IMG/VR virus record: IMGVR_UViG_3300017763_003980
Reading direction: 5' to 3' (one strand)
DNA: 64,000 nucleotides
Source: a virus
Lineage: Duplodnaviria; Caudoviricetes
Below, piece after piece: positions 27,139-36,930 of the stretch; the stretch's first letter is position 1; each line of letters starts with the position of its first letter. The notes under the pieces were generated by a model. The model had not been told where the DNA came from, made no database searches, and worked only from the letters and a program-made list of their open reading frames with translations. The position numbers and the translations under genes are program-made.

Positions 27139-27642
27139 CTATTTATCTTTATCTAACCCTTTTAGCTTCTCTAATAAGCTATTTCGATCAGTAACAACAT
27201 AGCCTTGACCGTTGATAATTCCTTCTTCTCCGGTACTATTTTCTTTGTCTATTTTCTCTTTTTTAAGTTGTAAGTCTATCATTTTAAGCTTTTTGTCAAG
27301 TTTTGCAGTTTTTGCGTCTAATGAAGTTTTTAACATGCCGCCTGCAACTTCGAATACTCTGCTAGCATAACGTGATTCAACATTCATTCCTAGATCCATT
27401 AAATCATCATACGCTGTTAATGCTCGTTGTGCAATATCATTTAGTTCATCATCAGCCATATTACCAAGTCCTTTAACAGCTGGCAATGCACTAGCAATCT
27501 TATCAAACTCTTCTATATCACGAAAAGCTTCTTGTTGTTTTTCTAATTCATATGACTTTTGTTCTGATTCTTGAGCTTTAGCAGTTTCAATAATTTCTTT
27601 TGAATCAGGTAAATTTAGTAAATCTTCTAATTTTTTAGTCAT
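27139..27642 (-). CDS. Probable terminase small subunit (gp16-like)
   Basis: Helical 167-aa protein with SRVFEVAGGML, a coiled coil and VVTDRNSLL near the C-terminus, as in gp16-type proteins; late box upstream. Confidence 0.55.
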   Translation of the reverse strand: MTKKLEDLLNLPDSKEIIETAKAQESEQKSYELEKQQEAFRDIEEFDKIASALPAVKGLGNMADDELNDIAQRALTAYDDLMDLGMNVESRYASRVFEVAGGMLKTSLDAKTAKLDKKLKMIDLQLKKEKIDKENSTGEEGIINGQGYVVTDRNSLLEKLKGLDKDK

Positions 27643-27683
27643 AGTTACTATCCATTATGTGCTACTATATTTATTCAAAAAAA

Positions 27684-28121
27684 TTACTTTCTGCCGCCAG
27701 TATGGAATATATCGTCTTCTGTTACTATTCTAAATAGTATACCTTTTTGTTTGCACCAAGCTCTAGCAGATTCCCATTTAGCTTGATTTACTACCCATGA
27801 TGCTTTATTGTATCTACTATTTCCTGTTTTTTCTTTAAGTACTTGATTTTTTGGTTTTACTTCTATTAATTCTACTCTTTGTTTGCCTCGGCGATCGGCG
27901 TATACAATAAAAAAATCTGGCACGTAAATTGTTTGTTTGCCTGATAAAGGATTTCTGTAAGGTATTCTTACTGCTTCACTAGCCCACTGTGATATAGCGT
28001 TATGCTCATCACAGAATTTCATAAATGTAAATTCCCAACCTGAACGATATGTTGGTGATCTTGTTCCTACATACTTGGAGGGATTTTTTAAGTTATATTT
28101 CCCTTGGGCAAAATGAGCCAT
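27684..28121 (-). CDS. gp4: Head completion nuclease, gp4-like (TnsA N-terminal PD-(D/E)xK fold)
   Basis: YRSGWE, WASE, IPY, YVPDF and LIEVKP. Confidence 0.8.
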   Translation of the reverse strand: MAHFAQGKYNLKNPSKYVGTRSPTYRSGWEFTFMKFCDEHNAISQWASEAVRIPYRNPLSGKQTIYVPDFFIVYADRRGKQRVELIEVKPKNQVLKEKTGNSRYNKASWVVNQAKWESARAWCKQKGILFRIVTEDDIFHTGGRK

Positions 28122-28122
28122 G

Positions 28123-28500
28123 TCACACTATTATGTTCCGTTGATCAAAAAGTTCTTGCTCTGACTTTGATCTAAAACCTAACATACTTGTTTTTTGTCT
28201 ATTCTGATTTAATATTTGAGCTAGTACATTGTTAAGTTGTACATCATCAATACCATTAAGTGTGTCTAGTAATTCAAAAACTGGGACTTCATCTATAGAT
28301 GCTTGTTGCAAAATTACACTTGACGTATTGATAGCAGCAAGCTTATCAAAACCTCTCTTTAAGAAATAACCAATTACTGCATCTACTTCACTTGCATTAT
28401 AATTTATTTCTGTTTTAAAATAATTATTGAAAAATTTTCTTTGATCATCACTATTAGATTTATTAAAAGTAGTGCCTGTATTTTGATCTGAACTTACCAT
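28123..28500 (-). CDS. Hypothetical protein in the structural cluster
   Basis: Tight packing between the gp48/54-like gene and gp4. Confidence 0.7.
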   Translation of the reverse strand: MVSSDQNTGTTFNKSNSDDQRKFFNNYFKTEINYNASEVDAVIGYFLKRGFDKLAAINTSSVILQQASIDEVPVFELLDTLNGIDDVQLNNVLAQILNQNRQKTSMLGFRSKSEQELFDQRNIIV

Positions 28501-29792
28501 TATATAGATATTCCTCTAGTAGAATCAATTGCATCAGTTGCTATACGCTGTAGTTTGATGTCTCCGTTAGTTGCTCTTGTTACTAATTCATCTTCTATTG
28601 CGGTTTTAGCTGGAACAAGACTAGCTCTATATGTAGATACTGTTTGTCCTGGTATAGCGTTACTGTTTAACGATCTAGTAACAAAGCTCCTTTTTGCTCC
28701 TGCGTTAATCTCAAATGTATTTCTTATTGTATCAACATCTAATATTCTGCCACGCCTTCTTTCTAATGTGCTTCTATCTTCTGGCTGACGTCTAGAGATA
28801 GTTGGAATACGAGATCCTGCTAACCCGCCTGGTTGCGGTACAGAAAATAGATCCCTCAAACCTGCTCCTATCATGCCTAATGCTCCGTTTTCGTTTCTAA
28901 GAATACTATTACTCCTAGAATCAGGGTTTGAAGTTCTTGGTAATATAGAACCCATACCTTTATTAAGAAACCTATCAAATAATTTAGGTAACGCATCAAA
29001 CCCACTTGAAAATCCTGGATCACCGTACGATAGTGGACTCATTACGTTATCGTATCTTGTTTCTTCATCTGTAAATCCTATAGGCTGTCCGCCTTCGCCG
29101 ACTGATCCATTTGAATATACTACACTTTCATATGCTACAGAAATACTGTTTGCATTAAACCCGCTACCGTCTGCTGACTCTACATCTCCGTGATCAAATT
29201 GTGTAATTAGTGGATTAATAAGTGTATAAGAAAACCATTGTCTTCTTGCAAGTTGATAAATCCTTATATTTTTAAAAAACGGATTATACTTATCGTTATT
29301 CAATCCGTAATTAGGAACTAGTGTATCGTATTTGTCTCTTGCATTATAGGCATTTTGTGATCCAAAAAAGCTGGAAAAGAATCCACCTTGATCTCTATGA
29401 TTGCCATCTACAAAGTAATACATGTAGTAATCTTCTAGCAATCCCCTAGTTAGTCCTAGATTATCGTCATGAAATTGAATAGTTACGTCTTGATAGTCAA
29501 TCCTTGTTTGCATATTCTTTTTTCGATTGTACTGCTGTTTGTTCTCTACAGATACACGATATCCAGGTAAGTCTGCTTGTTTTACTAAAACACCGATTTC
29601 TTTTTTATGCTGGTCTGTGTTACCAGCATTGCCGCTAGCTTCACCAGTTAACTCAAAAACTACATGATATAGGAATTTAGTTTTAGGAGCCAACGCGAAG
29701 TTGTGCTCAGTATATAACTGATGAGCATGACGTGCATCTCTAAGATGTACATCATTGCTTGAATTAAACAAATAAGGATCTTTAAAACTCAT
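28500..29792 (-). CDS. Tail-tube-fold baseplate protein (gp48/gp54-like)
   Basis: Tube-like pattern FLYHVVF, VKQADLP, QYNRK, VTIQFHDD, YTLINP and ISVAYE; follows the tail tube gene; GATAAATA 5 nt before the ATG. Confidence 0.65.
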   Translation of the reverse strand: MSFKDPYLFNSSNDVHLRDARHAHQLYTEHNFALAPKTKFLYHVVFELTGEASGNAGNTDQHKKEIGVLVKQADLPGYRVSVENKQQYNRKKNMQTRIDYQDVTIQFHDDNLGLTRGLLEDYYMYYFVDGNHRDQGGFFSSFFGSQNAYNARDKYDTLVPNYGLNNDKYNPFFKNIRIYQLARRQWFSYTLINPLITQFDHGDVESADGSGFNANSISVAYESVVYSNGSVGEGGQPIGFTDEETRYDNVMSPLSYGDPGFSSGFDALPKLFDRFLNKGMGSILPRTSNPDSRSNSILRNENGALGMIGAGLRDLFSVPQPGGLAGSRIPTISRRQPEDRSTLERRRGRILDVDTIRNTFEINAGAKRSFVTRSLNSNAIPGQTVSTYRASLVPAKTAIEDELVTRATNGDIKLQRIATDAIDSTRGISI

Positions 29793-29826
29793 ACTAATAT
29801 TTATCCATAGTATAAACTGCGTATAT

Positions 29827-29865
29827 AAAAAAAGCGGAAGTAATTAAAAACTACTCCCGCTTTTT
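29827..29865 (-). terminator. Rho-independent terminator after the tail tube gene
   Basis: GCGGGAGTA...TACTTCCGC stem (one G:U) flanked by A- and T-runs. Confidence 0.8.
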
Positions 29866-29886
29866 AAAAGCCAATCTAGATAAAGG

Positions 29887-30528
29887 TTATGTTACCTGTG
29901 TGCCGCCTGATGCTGCTGTTAACGCTCTGGTAGTAATTTCACCAATACCGTTAATATCTTCTTCTGCACCAAACTGTATAGCATTATCATAACGAATACT
30001 TAATGACGTAGTCACTGCTTCGTTAGTTGCATATGCTAGTGTATTATAGTTTGCTGATTCAATGTAGCAACCAATTAAATGGAATCTATCAATTACTGCT
30101 GCTCCGTTAGCACCGTTACCACCATCTAGAATTTCAATTCTAGTTTGGAATTTGTAAGTACCACTAGATACTGCACTAGACTGTTCAAAGAAATCAAACT
30201 GTCTTTGTAACTGTTGTCCAATAATTTTTTGAACATTGTTGTTAGCATCCTCACGCAATGTAAGTGTAACTGGTTCCCAAGTGTGCTTACCTGCTAGGTA
30301 AGTTCTTGAATTATAAGCATCAAGTGTCATTTGTTCAAAACTAATGTTTGGTCTTGTGACATCTTGTACTTGTCTTGTAATCTCTCTAACACCATCTGGA
30401 CCGCCAGTTGTGCCAAAGTTATCTAAAAATACCCTAAAGCGATATTGTAACTTAGGCATCAATAATGATGAGTTAGAATTCGCGCCTTCTGTAGGTATCG
30501 AAATATTTTGTAAAGTTGTGATTGGCAT
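29887..30528 (-). CDS. gp19: Tail tube protein (gp19-like)
   Basis: PKLQYRFRV, YLAGKHTWEPVTLTL and GCYIESANY; directly after the sheath gene. Confidence 0.9.
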   Translation of the reverse strand: MPITTLQNISIPTEGANSNSSLLMPKLQYRFRVFLDNFGTTGGPDGVREITRQVQDVTRPNISFEQMTLDAYNSRTYLAGKHTWEPVTLTLREDANNNVQKIIGQQLQRQFDFFEQSSAVSSGTYKFQTRIEILDGGNGANGAAVIDRFHLIGCYIESANYNTLAYATNEAVTTSLSIRYDNAIQFGAEEDINGIGEITTRALTAASGGTQVT

Positions 30529-30553
30529 TTTCTCTATTCTCCTAATACATTAT

Positions 30554-30561
30554 TATTTATA
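30554..30561 (-). promoter_or_regulatory. Exact T4 late box TATAAATA upstream of the tail tube gene
   Basis: Reads tatttata on the plus strand. Confidence 0.8.
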
Positions 30562-30604
30562 CGTTTATGAAGGGCAATTTCTCACCCTTCATTAACTGCG
30601 TATA

Positions 30605-33600
30605 TTATCCTAATGCTGCAATTTCACCTGTGTTTTTAATTCTAAGCGGTATGTAAATAAATTCAATCGCCTTAACTGGTTCTATAGCAACGTCTAAGTA
30701 CAGCTCGTTTTTATCAATCCTTGCTGGTGTGTTATTTGATTCATCACACACTGTAACAAAGTCGTAAAGTGCTCTAAGACTTACTAACTCTAACATTAGC
30801 TGATCTGCAGCCGCTTTGATCTGATCACGTGTGATCTTATCGTTTGGCTCAAACAAGTAAGGTTTAGCAAGTAATTCTAACTGTGTTCTTAGATATACTA
30901 CAAGTCTTGCTACGTTTACTCTGTCTAATGCACTTGCATTTCTAGCACGAGTCTTTTGTCCAAATACTACCAATCCTGCTCCATTTAAGAATGTAATTGG
31001 ATTAATTTTATTTGTATAAAGTGTATCACGCTGTCCAGTGTTTAGTGCAACTGATTTAAACTCGCCTTCGCTAGTAATATAACCACTTGATGTTGCATTT
31101 GATACTCCGCCACGTCTTGTACCTGCTGGTGCAAACCAGGGGAACGCCACTTGGTCATTAAGTACAATAGTTCTTAGTGCCATATGACTTGCTGGAACAA
31201 CAATGTTATTACCTGCGTTATCGCTTGAAAATCCTGCTGGATAGTACATGCCTAGATATTCATCATAGCTTACTGCTCCATTATCATTATCTTCAAGTGC
31301 TCCTCTGACGTTGCTAGCCCATTCATTTAATGATGTAGCATCTGGTGTTAGTCTAAATGGTGAGTCACCTACAACAAACGCTGTTAAACGTCTATCTGTA
31401 TTTAGAGTAACCATTTCACCGATCAGTTCAGGATAACCTGGACATGCCATTAAGTTAAACTGACGTGATTCTTCGTCACGTATATCAGTATTACCATTAA
31501 CCATTGCTTGCAATGCTTGTGTAACTGATTTACGTTGTGCATGACGACCAAATGTACCAGATCCATCTTCGTTGTTACCTGAGTCAGTTACCCATCTGTG
31601 CGGATAGTAACTTGCCATTGATACATCACTCATTCTTAAATTTAATGCTGTTAGGTCTATACTATTTCTATCAAACCGCTTAACATTAAATCCACTTCTG
31701 CGTAAGTTCCATAGCAACATACCTTTTGGATATAGTGCTGGATCTGGACAATCTGGATCTAAGAAGTTGCTTGTAAGTAACTCTGGAATTGTTCCGGATG
31801 GTGATGTAGTGCTTGTGCCACCGTCTGTACCAAATCTAGCATCACCAAATAATATACCATTTTCTGTTGTTTGATCTGCTTTATCAAGCAGTACAAATTT
31901 AGAAGTAGTACCGTTATATCTATATACAGCCGGATAAGCATCTACGCTTGCTGTACTAATCCAAAGATCACCATCAACAAGTGCAGTTAAATCTGACTGT
32001 GTAGTTGGTTCTTTAGCTGCTACAATTGGTCCTGCTGGATCACAATTTTGATAAGCTGCTACATAGTTATGATAACCAACCCATGTTGTACCATTATGAA
32101 TTAACATGTCTACTTCATCAACTATTGAACTATACCATAGAGTGCCGTCTTCTGTTAAGCTCTTAGGTCCAGTAATTGAAGCTGTATATGTTAGCTCTTT
32201 CCAGTTTGAAGCAACCCAGTCACTTGCAGTATCACCTGTTGGTGCTGTATACAAGTTACCTGTGCCTGTTCCGTTAGCAAAGTTATATACACTAAAGCCT
32301 GCTAATGCTAATGCACTATCAGTATCTTTAATTCTAATTTCGCCACCTAATTTGTGTGAAATAGATACTCTATTACTTGAATCAACTGTAGCAACAACAT
32401 TTGTAAATCCTGCTGCGTTAATTTGACCTGCAATTACATCTGCGTCACCTGCTGCTGCAGTTGTTGTTACTGAAATAGTTTTAGCACTATCTAATGCTAA
32501 AGTAGCTGCTAATGACTCTTGTAAAGTAAATGTTCTAGTAGCGGCAGTAAGTTGAGTTGTAATAGCTGTACCAGTTATTACTGTTGCTCCTGTTGCTGCC
32601 CTAGTATAAATTTTACTAGTAGCAATTACCGGACTTACTTCTTCTACATTTGTGTTTACATATAACCCGCCAAGTGCAATAGTTTTACCGCCACCGGATT
32701 TGTCAAGCCCGTAAATTGCAGCTTGTCCTGTGTCATAAACTGGTGCTAGTACATTTGACCAAAGTTGAGTAGCAGTTGAATACTTTTTAACTTTGTAATT
32801 TGCTCCACCATTTGGAGTAGTAGTTTTCAGCCACAAGCTTCCGGTTGGTGCTGGTTCACTATCTCCTGTTTTATATTGTGGAACACTTGTATGTGGTGCA
32901 ATAGTAAGCTTTGGAGCTTCATAAGTTGCTGCTGTTATACCTGCTACTGTAAGGATAGTTCCTGTACCGTTTGCAATTACAACGTCTGCACCAGTTGAAT
33001 GTATTTGTAGTTTACCATCAACAGCTGCAGCACTTACACCCGAAATTGCCGCTGAGTTAATGTCACTAACTAAGCTAGCTACTGTTGTACCAGCTAGTGT
33101 AACTGTATTAGTATTAATAACAATAGTATTACCATTTATATAAGTTGGGTTAGATGCTGTTCCTACTACAGCTGGATGACTTGCTGCCCACGCTGTTGAA
33201 CCAACTGCTACCCAGCTACCTGCTGCGCCTGCCGCAGTTACATGACCTGGTGTTTTATAGTAGTACTTGTTAGTAGTAGTAGTTGCATCTATACAGTATT
33301 CACCAATTGCACCAATTGACGTTTTTGGCACGCCTAATGCTAGATCTGATGTTGCTGTAATTACTTTAGTTGGTGCTTTAGTTGTAAATGATTGTCCGCC
33401 TAAAGTAGTTGCTAAGGCGCCATTCCATTCTAAAAGTCCATAAAGTGTGTTGCCTACGTCAAACCAATATGCTCCGTCTGCTGGCTCTCCGCCTGGCGCA
33501 GTTGCACTTGCTTCTAATTTTGCTAAGTCTAAATCGGCTCTTACTACATATGCTCTATTAGTTACTCCTAATAATGAGTAAGCAGCTTGTAAGCCATATT

Positions 33601-33871
33601 CGTTTAATTCTCCGCCGTGTATCATATTGCCATTAGCATCTGAATAAAAAGTTGGATCTCCAAAAGTTTCACCAAGCTCTCTTTGGCTAGTGAGTAAGTA
33701 AGGTTTCCCCGCATTTGCTTTAATTGTGCCTGCGGCAGTTCCTGCACCGGAACTGGATTTTTTATTGGAAGCTGTAGCAACAAAAATCATCGGTACTGTT
33801 CCAGCTGCTGCTGGAGTGTAGAAGCTCTCATCGATTACTTTGACTTCTACGCCTGGTGATACTAATGCCAT
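30605..33871 (-). CDS. gp18: Tail sheath protein (gp18-like), enlarged to 1088 aa
   Basis: MALVSPGVEV, FGDP, YVVRAD, WFAPAGTRRG, LYTNKINPI, FGQKT, RVNVARL, FEPND and PVKAIEFIYI. Confidence 0.95.
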   Translation of the reverse strand: MALVSPGVEVKVIDESFYTPAAAGTVPMIFVATASNKKSSSGAGTAAGTIKANAGKPYLLTSQRELGETFGDPTFYSDANGNMIHGGELNEYGLQAAYSLLGVTNRAYVVRADLDLAKLEASATAPGGEPADGAYWFDVGNTLYGLLEWNGALATTLGGQSFTTKAPTKVITATSDLALGVPKTSIGAIGEYCIDATTTTNKYYYKTPGHVTAAGAAGSWVAVGSTAWAASHPAVVGTASNPTYINGNTIVINTNTVTLAGTTVASLVSDINSAAISGVSAAAVDGKLQIHSTGADVVIANGTGTILTVAGITAATYEAPKLTIAPHTSVPQYKTGDSEPAPTGSLWLKTTTPNGGANYKVKKYSTATQLWSNVLAPVYDTGQAAIYGLDKSGGGKTIALGGLYVNTNVEEVSPVIATSKIYTRAATGATVITGTAITTQLTAATRTFTLQESLAATLALDSAKTISVTTTAAAGDADVIAGQINAAGFTNVVATVDSSNRVSISHKLGGEIRIKDTDSALALAGFSVYNFANGTGTGNLYTAPTGDTASDWVASNWKELTYTASITGPKSLTEDGTLWYSSIVDEVDMLIHNGTTWVGYHNYVAAYQNCDPAGPIVAAKEPTTQSDLTALVDGDLWISTASVDAYPAVYRYNGTTSKFVLLDKADQTTENGILFGDARFGTDGGTSTTSPSGTIPELLTSNFLDPDCPDPALYPKGMLLWNLRRSGFNVKRFDRNSIDLTALNLRMSDVSMASYYPHRWVTDSGNNEDGSGTFGRHAQRKSVTQALQAMVNGNTDIRDEESRQFNLMACPGYPELIGEMVTLNTDRRLTAFVVGDSPFRLTPDATSLNEWASNVRGALEDNDNGAVSYDEYLGMYYPAGFSSDNAGNNIVVPASHMALRTIVLNDQVAFPWFAPAGTRRGGVSNATSSGYITSEGEFKSVALNTGQRDTLYTNKINPITFLNGAGLVVFGQKTRARNASALDRVNVARLVVYLRTQLELLAKPYLFEPNDKITRDQIKAAADQLMLELVSLRALYDFVTVCDESNNTPARIDKNELYLDVAIEPVKAIEFIYIPLRIKNTGEIAALG

Positions 33872-33908
33872 TTTTATTTCTCCTATAAGGGTGTAGTTCT
33901 TCTAATTG

Positions 33909-33916
33909 TATTTATA
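33909..33916 (-). promoter_or_regulatory. Exact T4 late box TATAAATA upstream of the sheath gene
   Basis: Reads tatttata on the plus strand; SD GGAG downstream. Confidence 0.8.
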
Positions 33917-33983
33917 TTATTATCACTAAAACCATATGCATATCATGCCAAAAAAGGTGCCAAAAAGGTGAGATAAATATAGT

Positions 33984-34319
33984 ATGAGACCTTTATGCAC
34001 TTGTAAACAACGCCCGGCAGCAATAAACTATAAAAAGAACGGAAAGACGTATTATAGAAAATTATGTGAACGTTGTTTAAGGAATGGAGTAGGACATGGT
34101 ATACCTAAATGGAAACAGTTAGGATATGAAAAGAAAAACTATTGTGAAAAATGTAATTTCAAAAGCAATCATGAAGAACAGTTTGATGTGTTTCATATAG
34201 ACGGAGATTTACAAAATTGTAGACCGACTAACTTAAAAACAATTTGTGCTAACTGCCAACGTATTACGCAAAAATCTGGGGTTCGCTGGAAACAAGGTGA
34301 TCTTCGACCTGACTTTTAA
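33984..34319 (+). CDS. Zn-binding HNH-like protein
   Basis: CxC, CxxC, CEKC, then FHIDGDLQNCRPTNLKTICANCQ; GATAAATA 4 nt before the ATG. Confidence 0.65.
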   Translation: MRPLCTCKQRPAAINYKKNGKTYYRKLCERCLRNGVGHGIPKWKQLGYEKKNYCEKCNFKSNHEEQFDVFHIDGDLQNCRPTNLKTICANCQRITQKSGVRWKQGDLRPDF

Positions 34320-34899
34320 GATCTTCAATTGTACCATCATTGTATAAAATAGAATCAAATTTATCGTTAGTATCTATCCACTTATATTCGCTAGCATGAA
34401 TATCATATGCTGACATAAGATTACTATCGTTATGATTATCTAAAATTGCACTGCCAAACCATTCAGGATCAGAACCACGCTTTACTTGCCAAATTTCTCC
34501 GCCGAGATCTCGAATAACATTTTGTTCATTACGAAATCTTACATCAGGAATAACAAATTCTGTGTCAGGATTATTAATTATTTTTTGCTTTACCATACTA
34601 ACCCATATGCCGTCATAAAATCCATTACGCATGCAGTCAGTACCAAACTCTTGTAATACTAATCTAGGTGTAATAATTCTTCCTGTTTCTTTAGTCCAAA
34701 AGTCATCTTGTTCTTCTCGCCATTGCCTTGATCCAGGAGTATCTCCTTCTAGCAGTGGTCTGTTCCAGCCGAATAGTTCTGATACAGCGTCTTTTAATTT
34801 GTCTGCAAATGATATTTTTTCAAAACCGTATGTGTCTACAAGGTGATCGCTCACTGTACCTTTACCAGAACCAATAAGTCCACAGATACCAATAATCAT
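34264..34899 (-). CDS. gp1: Deoxynucleoside monophosphate kinase (gp1-like)
   Basis: GLIGSGKGT, SFADKLKD, TPRLVLQEFGTD, VIPDVRFRNE and HASE. Confidence 0.92.
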   Translation of the reverse strand: MIIGICGLIGSGKGTVSDHLVDTYGFEKISFADKLKDAVSELFGWNRPLLEGDTPGSRQWREEQDDFWTKETGRIITPRLVLQEFGTDCMRNGFYDGIWVSMVKQKIINNPDTEFVIPDVRFRNEQNVIRDLGGEIWQVKRGSDPEWFGSAILDNHNDSNLMSAYDIHASEYKWIDTNDKFDSILYNDGTIEDLKSQVEDHLVSSEPQIFA

Positions 34900-34930
34900 A
34901 CAAAGTCTCCTAAGTTAGTAGTATCTATAT

Positions 34931-34959
34931 ATTATACGATATTTTTAACGAGTTGTCAA
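34931..34959 (-). promoter_or_regulatory. Consensus sigma70 promoter for the dNMP kinase
   Basis: TTGACA at 34959-34954, a 17-nt spacer, TATAAT at 34936-34931. Confidence 0.9.
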
Positions 34960-34966
34960 GTGATTT

Positions 34967-35725
34967 TTAACCAATAGTAAAGCCGTAGCCTACACCGCCG
35001 CCAACTGCTAGAGCTACATCAGCTTCTAGCTTTTCTATTTCGGCTTGTGCTTCTGCTTTAAGGGCGTCACCATTTAATGTACTACCGCCTGCTGGACCAG
35101 CAATAGTAGCAAATTTTGAACGTGCCTCGCCTAGCATATATTTACAGCTAGCAAGAGTATAATCTTTAATCCATTGGCTAGCTAAGTAATCTAGTAGTAA
35201 TTGTTCGTCTGGTCTATAGTTATATGCGTAAAGCAAAATTTCTTCGCTTGCTGCAGGCCGTTGTAGTAGAGTTAACTTTTTAGTAGTTGTGTTCCATTTA
35301 AATTCAATAAATGAACCAAACATTCTGCCTACTAATTCTTGGTGTTGAGAAAATAAATCATATGTTGCTAATCCTCCCATTTTTGAACCTGATAACAAAT
35401 AAGTATTTGTATATGCCATATTAAATGGTTCAAATAATGAGCCGCCATCGCCGCCGCCTGTACGTGATCCTATTGAGCGTCTGAAAAGCTTCCTAACTTC
35501 TATTACTTCATTAGGTAATGTATATTCATTCTGATCTTCGACACAAGTTAAAAACAAGTATGATTCTTCTACGGAATTATCTGATCTTTGTCTAAATTTA
35601 CTCAATGCTTTATCTAATGCTGTTTCGTAATGAATAGGATCTAATTCTACGTCAATCATTCCGCCACCCAATGAGGCGTTTACGTAATCATATACATTTT
35701 GCTTTGCTGTTGTGAGTGATGTCAT
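34967..35725 (-). CDS. gp13: Neck protein (gp13-like)
   Basis: LGGGMIDVELD, WIKDYTLA, MLGEARSKF and GGSTLNG. Confidence 0.85.
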   Translation of the reverse strand: MTSLTTAKQNVYDYVNASLGGGMIDVELDPIHYETALDKALSKFRQRSDNSVEESYLFLTCVEDQNEYTLPNEVIEVRKLFRRSIGSRTGGGDGGSLFEPFNMAYTNTYLLSGSKMGGLATYDLFSQHQELVGRMFGSFIEFKWNTTTKKLTLLQRPAASEEILLYAYNYRPDEQLLLDYLASQWIKDYTLASCKYMLGEARSKFATIAGPAGGSTLNGDALKAEAQAEIEKLEADVALAVGGGVGYGFTIG

Positions 35726-35743
35726 TCTTTACTCTCCATATAG

Positions 35744-35764
35744 TATTTATCGTATCGATAAATA
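35744..35764. promoter_or_regulatory. Back-to-back GATAAATA late promoters forming a 9-bp inverted repeat
   Basis: TATTTATCG-TAT-CGATAAATA between the divergent gp13 and gp14 genes. Confidence 0.8.
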
Positions 35765-35769
35765 TACAT

Positions 35770-36930
35770 ATGCCAAGACTATCTTTATATAAACCAGAAC
35801 GCGGCAATGATTATCATTTTTTGGACAGACAAATCCAAGAAATGTTTACTGTTGGCGGAACTGATATTAACATACACAAATATTTAGGTGCAAAAAATCC
35901 TAGTACTGCGGAATCAACAGCAGACCAACCTAGATATGACGCAGTAAAAGAAACCAACATACAAGACTTACTATTTCTTGAAAATAGAGATAGGAAATAC
36001 GATCCTGACGTTTATACAATGCGAGCTGTATATAATGTACAGGATATTGATTTTGATCTATCACAATTTGGTTTATTTTTAAGCAATGATACATTGTTTA
36101 TGACTATACACATAAACAGTAGTGTAAAAACTCTTGGTAGAAAAATTATGAGCGGTGACGTTATAGAATTGCCGCATTTAACTGACGAGTATGCTCTAAA
36201 CGATTATGACGTAGCATTAAAACGCTTTTATGTTGTAGAAGATGTAAATCGTGCTGCAGAAGGATTTAGTCAAACTTGGTATCCACATTTATATAGGCTC
36301 AAGCTAAAACAAATATACGATACACAAGAATACAAAGAAATTTTAGATTTACCTGCAAGCGAAAATTCAGACAGCACTCTTAGAGATGTATTATCTACAT
36401 ATGAAAAAGAAATGCAAATCAACAGGGCAGTTGTCGCACAAGCAGAATTAGATGCGCCTAAGAGTGGATTTGATATAAGTCATTTTTATACTGTTGCAAA
36501 AAATGATGACGGTTCTGTTGCGTTACAAACTGCTGATCAAGAAGACTTAGATGCGTCAATGATTAACACTACAGCTGACGAAATAGCTGATAGGCCAGAT
36601 CGAGAGGGATATTCAGGATATCTTGTAGGCACAGGAGATGTTGCTCCTAATGGTGCACCTTTTGGATTTGGCATTGCATTTCCTAGAGATAATATGGATG
36701 GCGACTTCTTTTTGCGTACAGACTTTTTACCTAACAGAATGTTTAAATATGATGGCAATAGATGGGTAAAACAAAATGACGACATTAGAATGACACTAAG
36801 TAACACACTTGAAAAGCAAACACAAAAATCAAGCTTTATAAACAATACTAATCAAAGCACTATAAACGGCGAAGTTGTTGAAGAGCGTCAAAGCCTGTCT
36901 AAGGCACTTAGACCAAAAAAGGATAACTAA
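35770..36930 (+). CDS. gp14: Neck protein (gp14-like)
   Basis: Start moved to 35770 (MPRLSLY). DLLFLENRDRKY, DLSQFG and GDVIELPHL; divergent from gp13. Confidence 0.75.
   Translation: MPRLSLYKPERGNDYHFLDRQIQEMFTVGGTDINIHKYLGAKNPSTAESTADQPRYDAVKETNIQDLLFLENRDRKYDPDVYTMRAVYNVQDIDFDLSQFGLFLSNDTLFMTIHINSSVKTLGRKIMSGDVIELPHLTDEYALNDYDVALKRFYVVEDVNRAAEGFSQTWYPHLYRLKLKQIYDTQEYKEILDLPASENSDSTLRDVLSTYEKEMQINRAVVAQAELDAPKSGFDISHFYTVAKNDDGSVALQTADQEDLDASMINTTADEIADRPDREGYSGYLVGTGDVAPNGAPFGFGIAFPRDNMDGDFFLRTDFLPNRMFKYDGNRWVKQNDDIRMTLSNTLEKQTQKSSFINNTNQSTINGEVVEERQSLSKALRPKKDN

Noticed and set aside
27684-28121. TnsA-like nuclease as evidence of a Tn7-type transposon
   Set aside because: There is no tnsB/C and no terminal repeats. 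The context among packaging and tail genes fits the gp4 head-completion protein.
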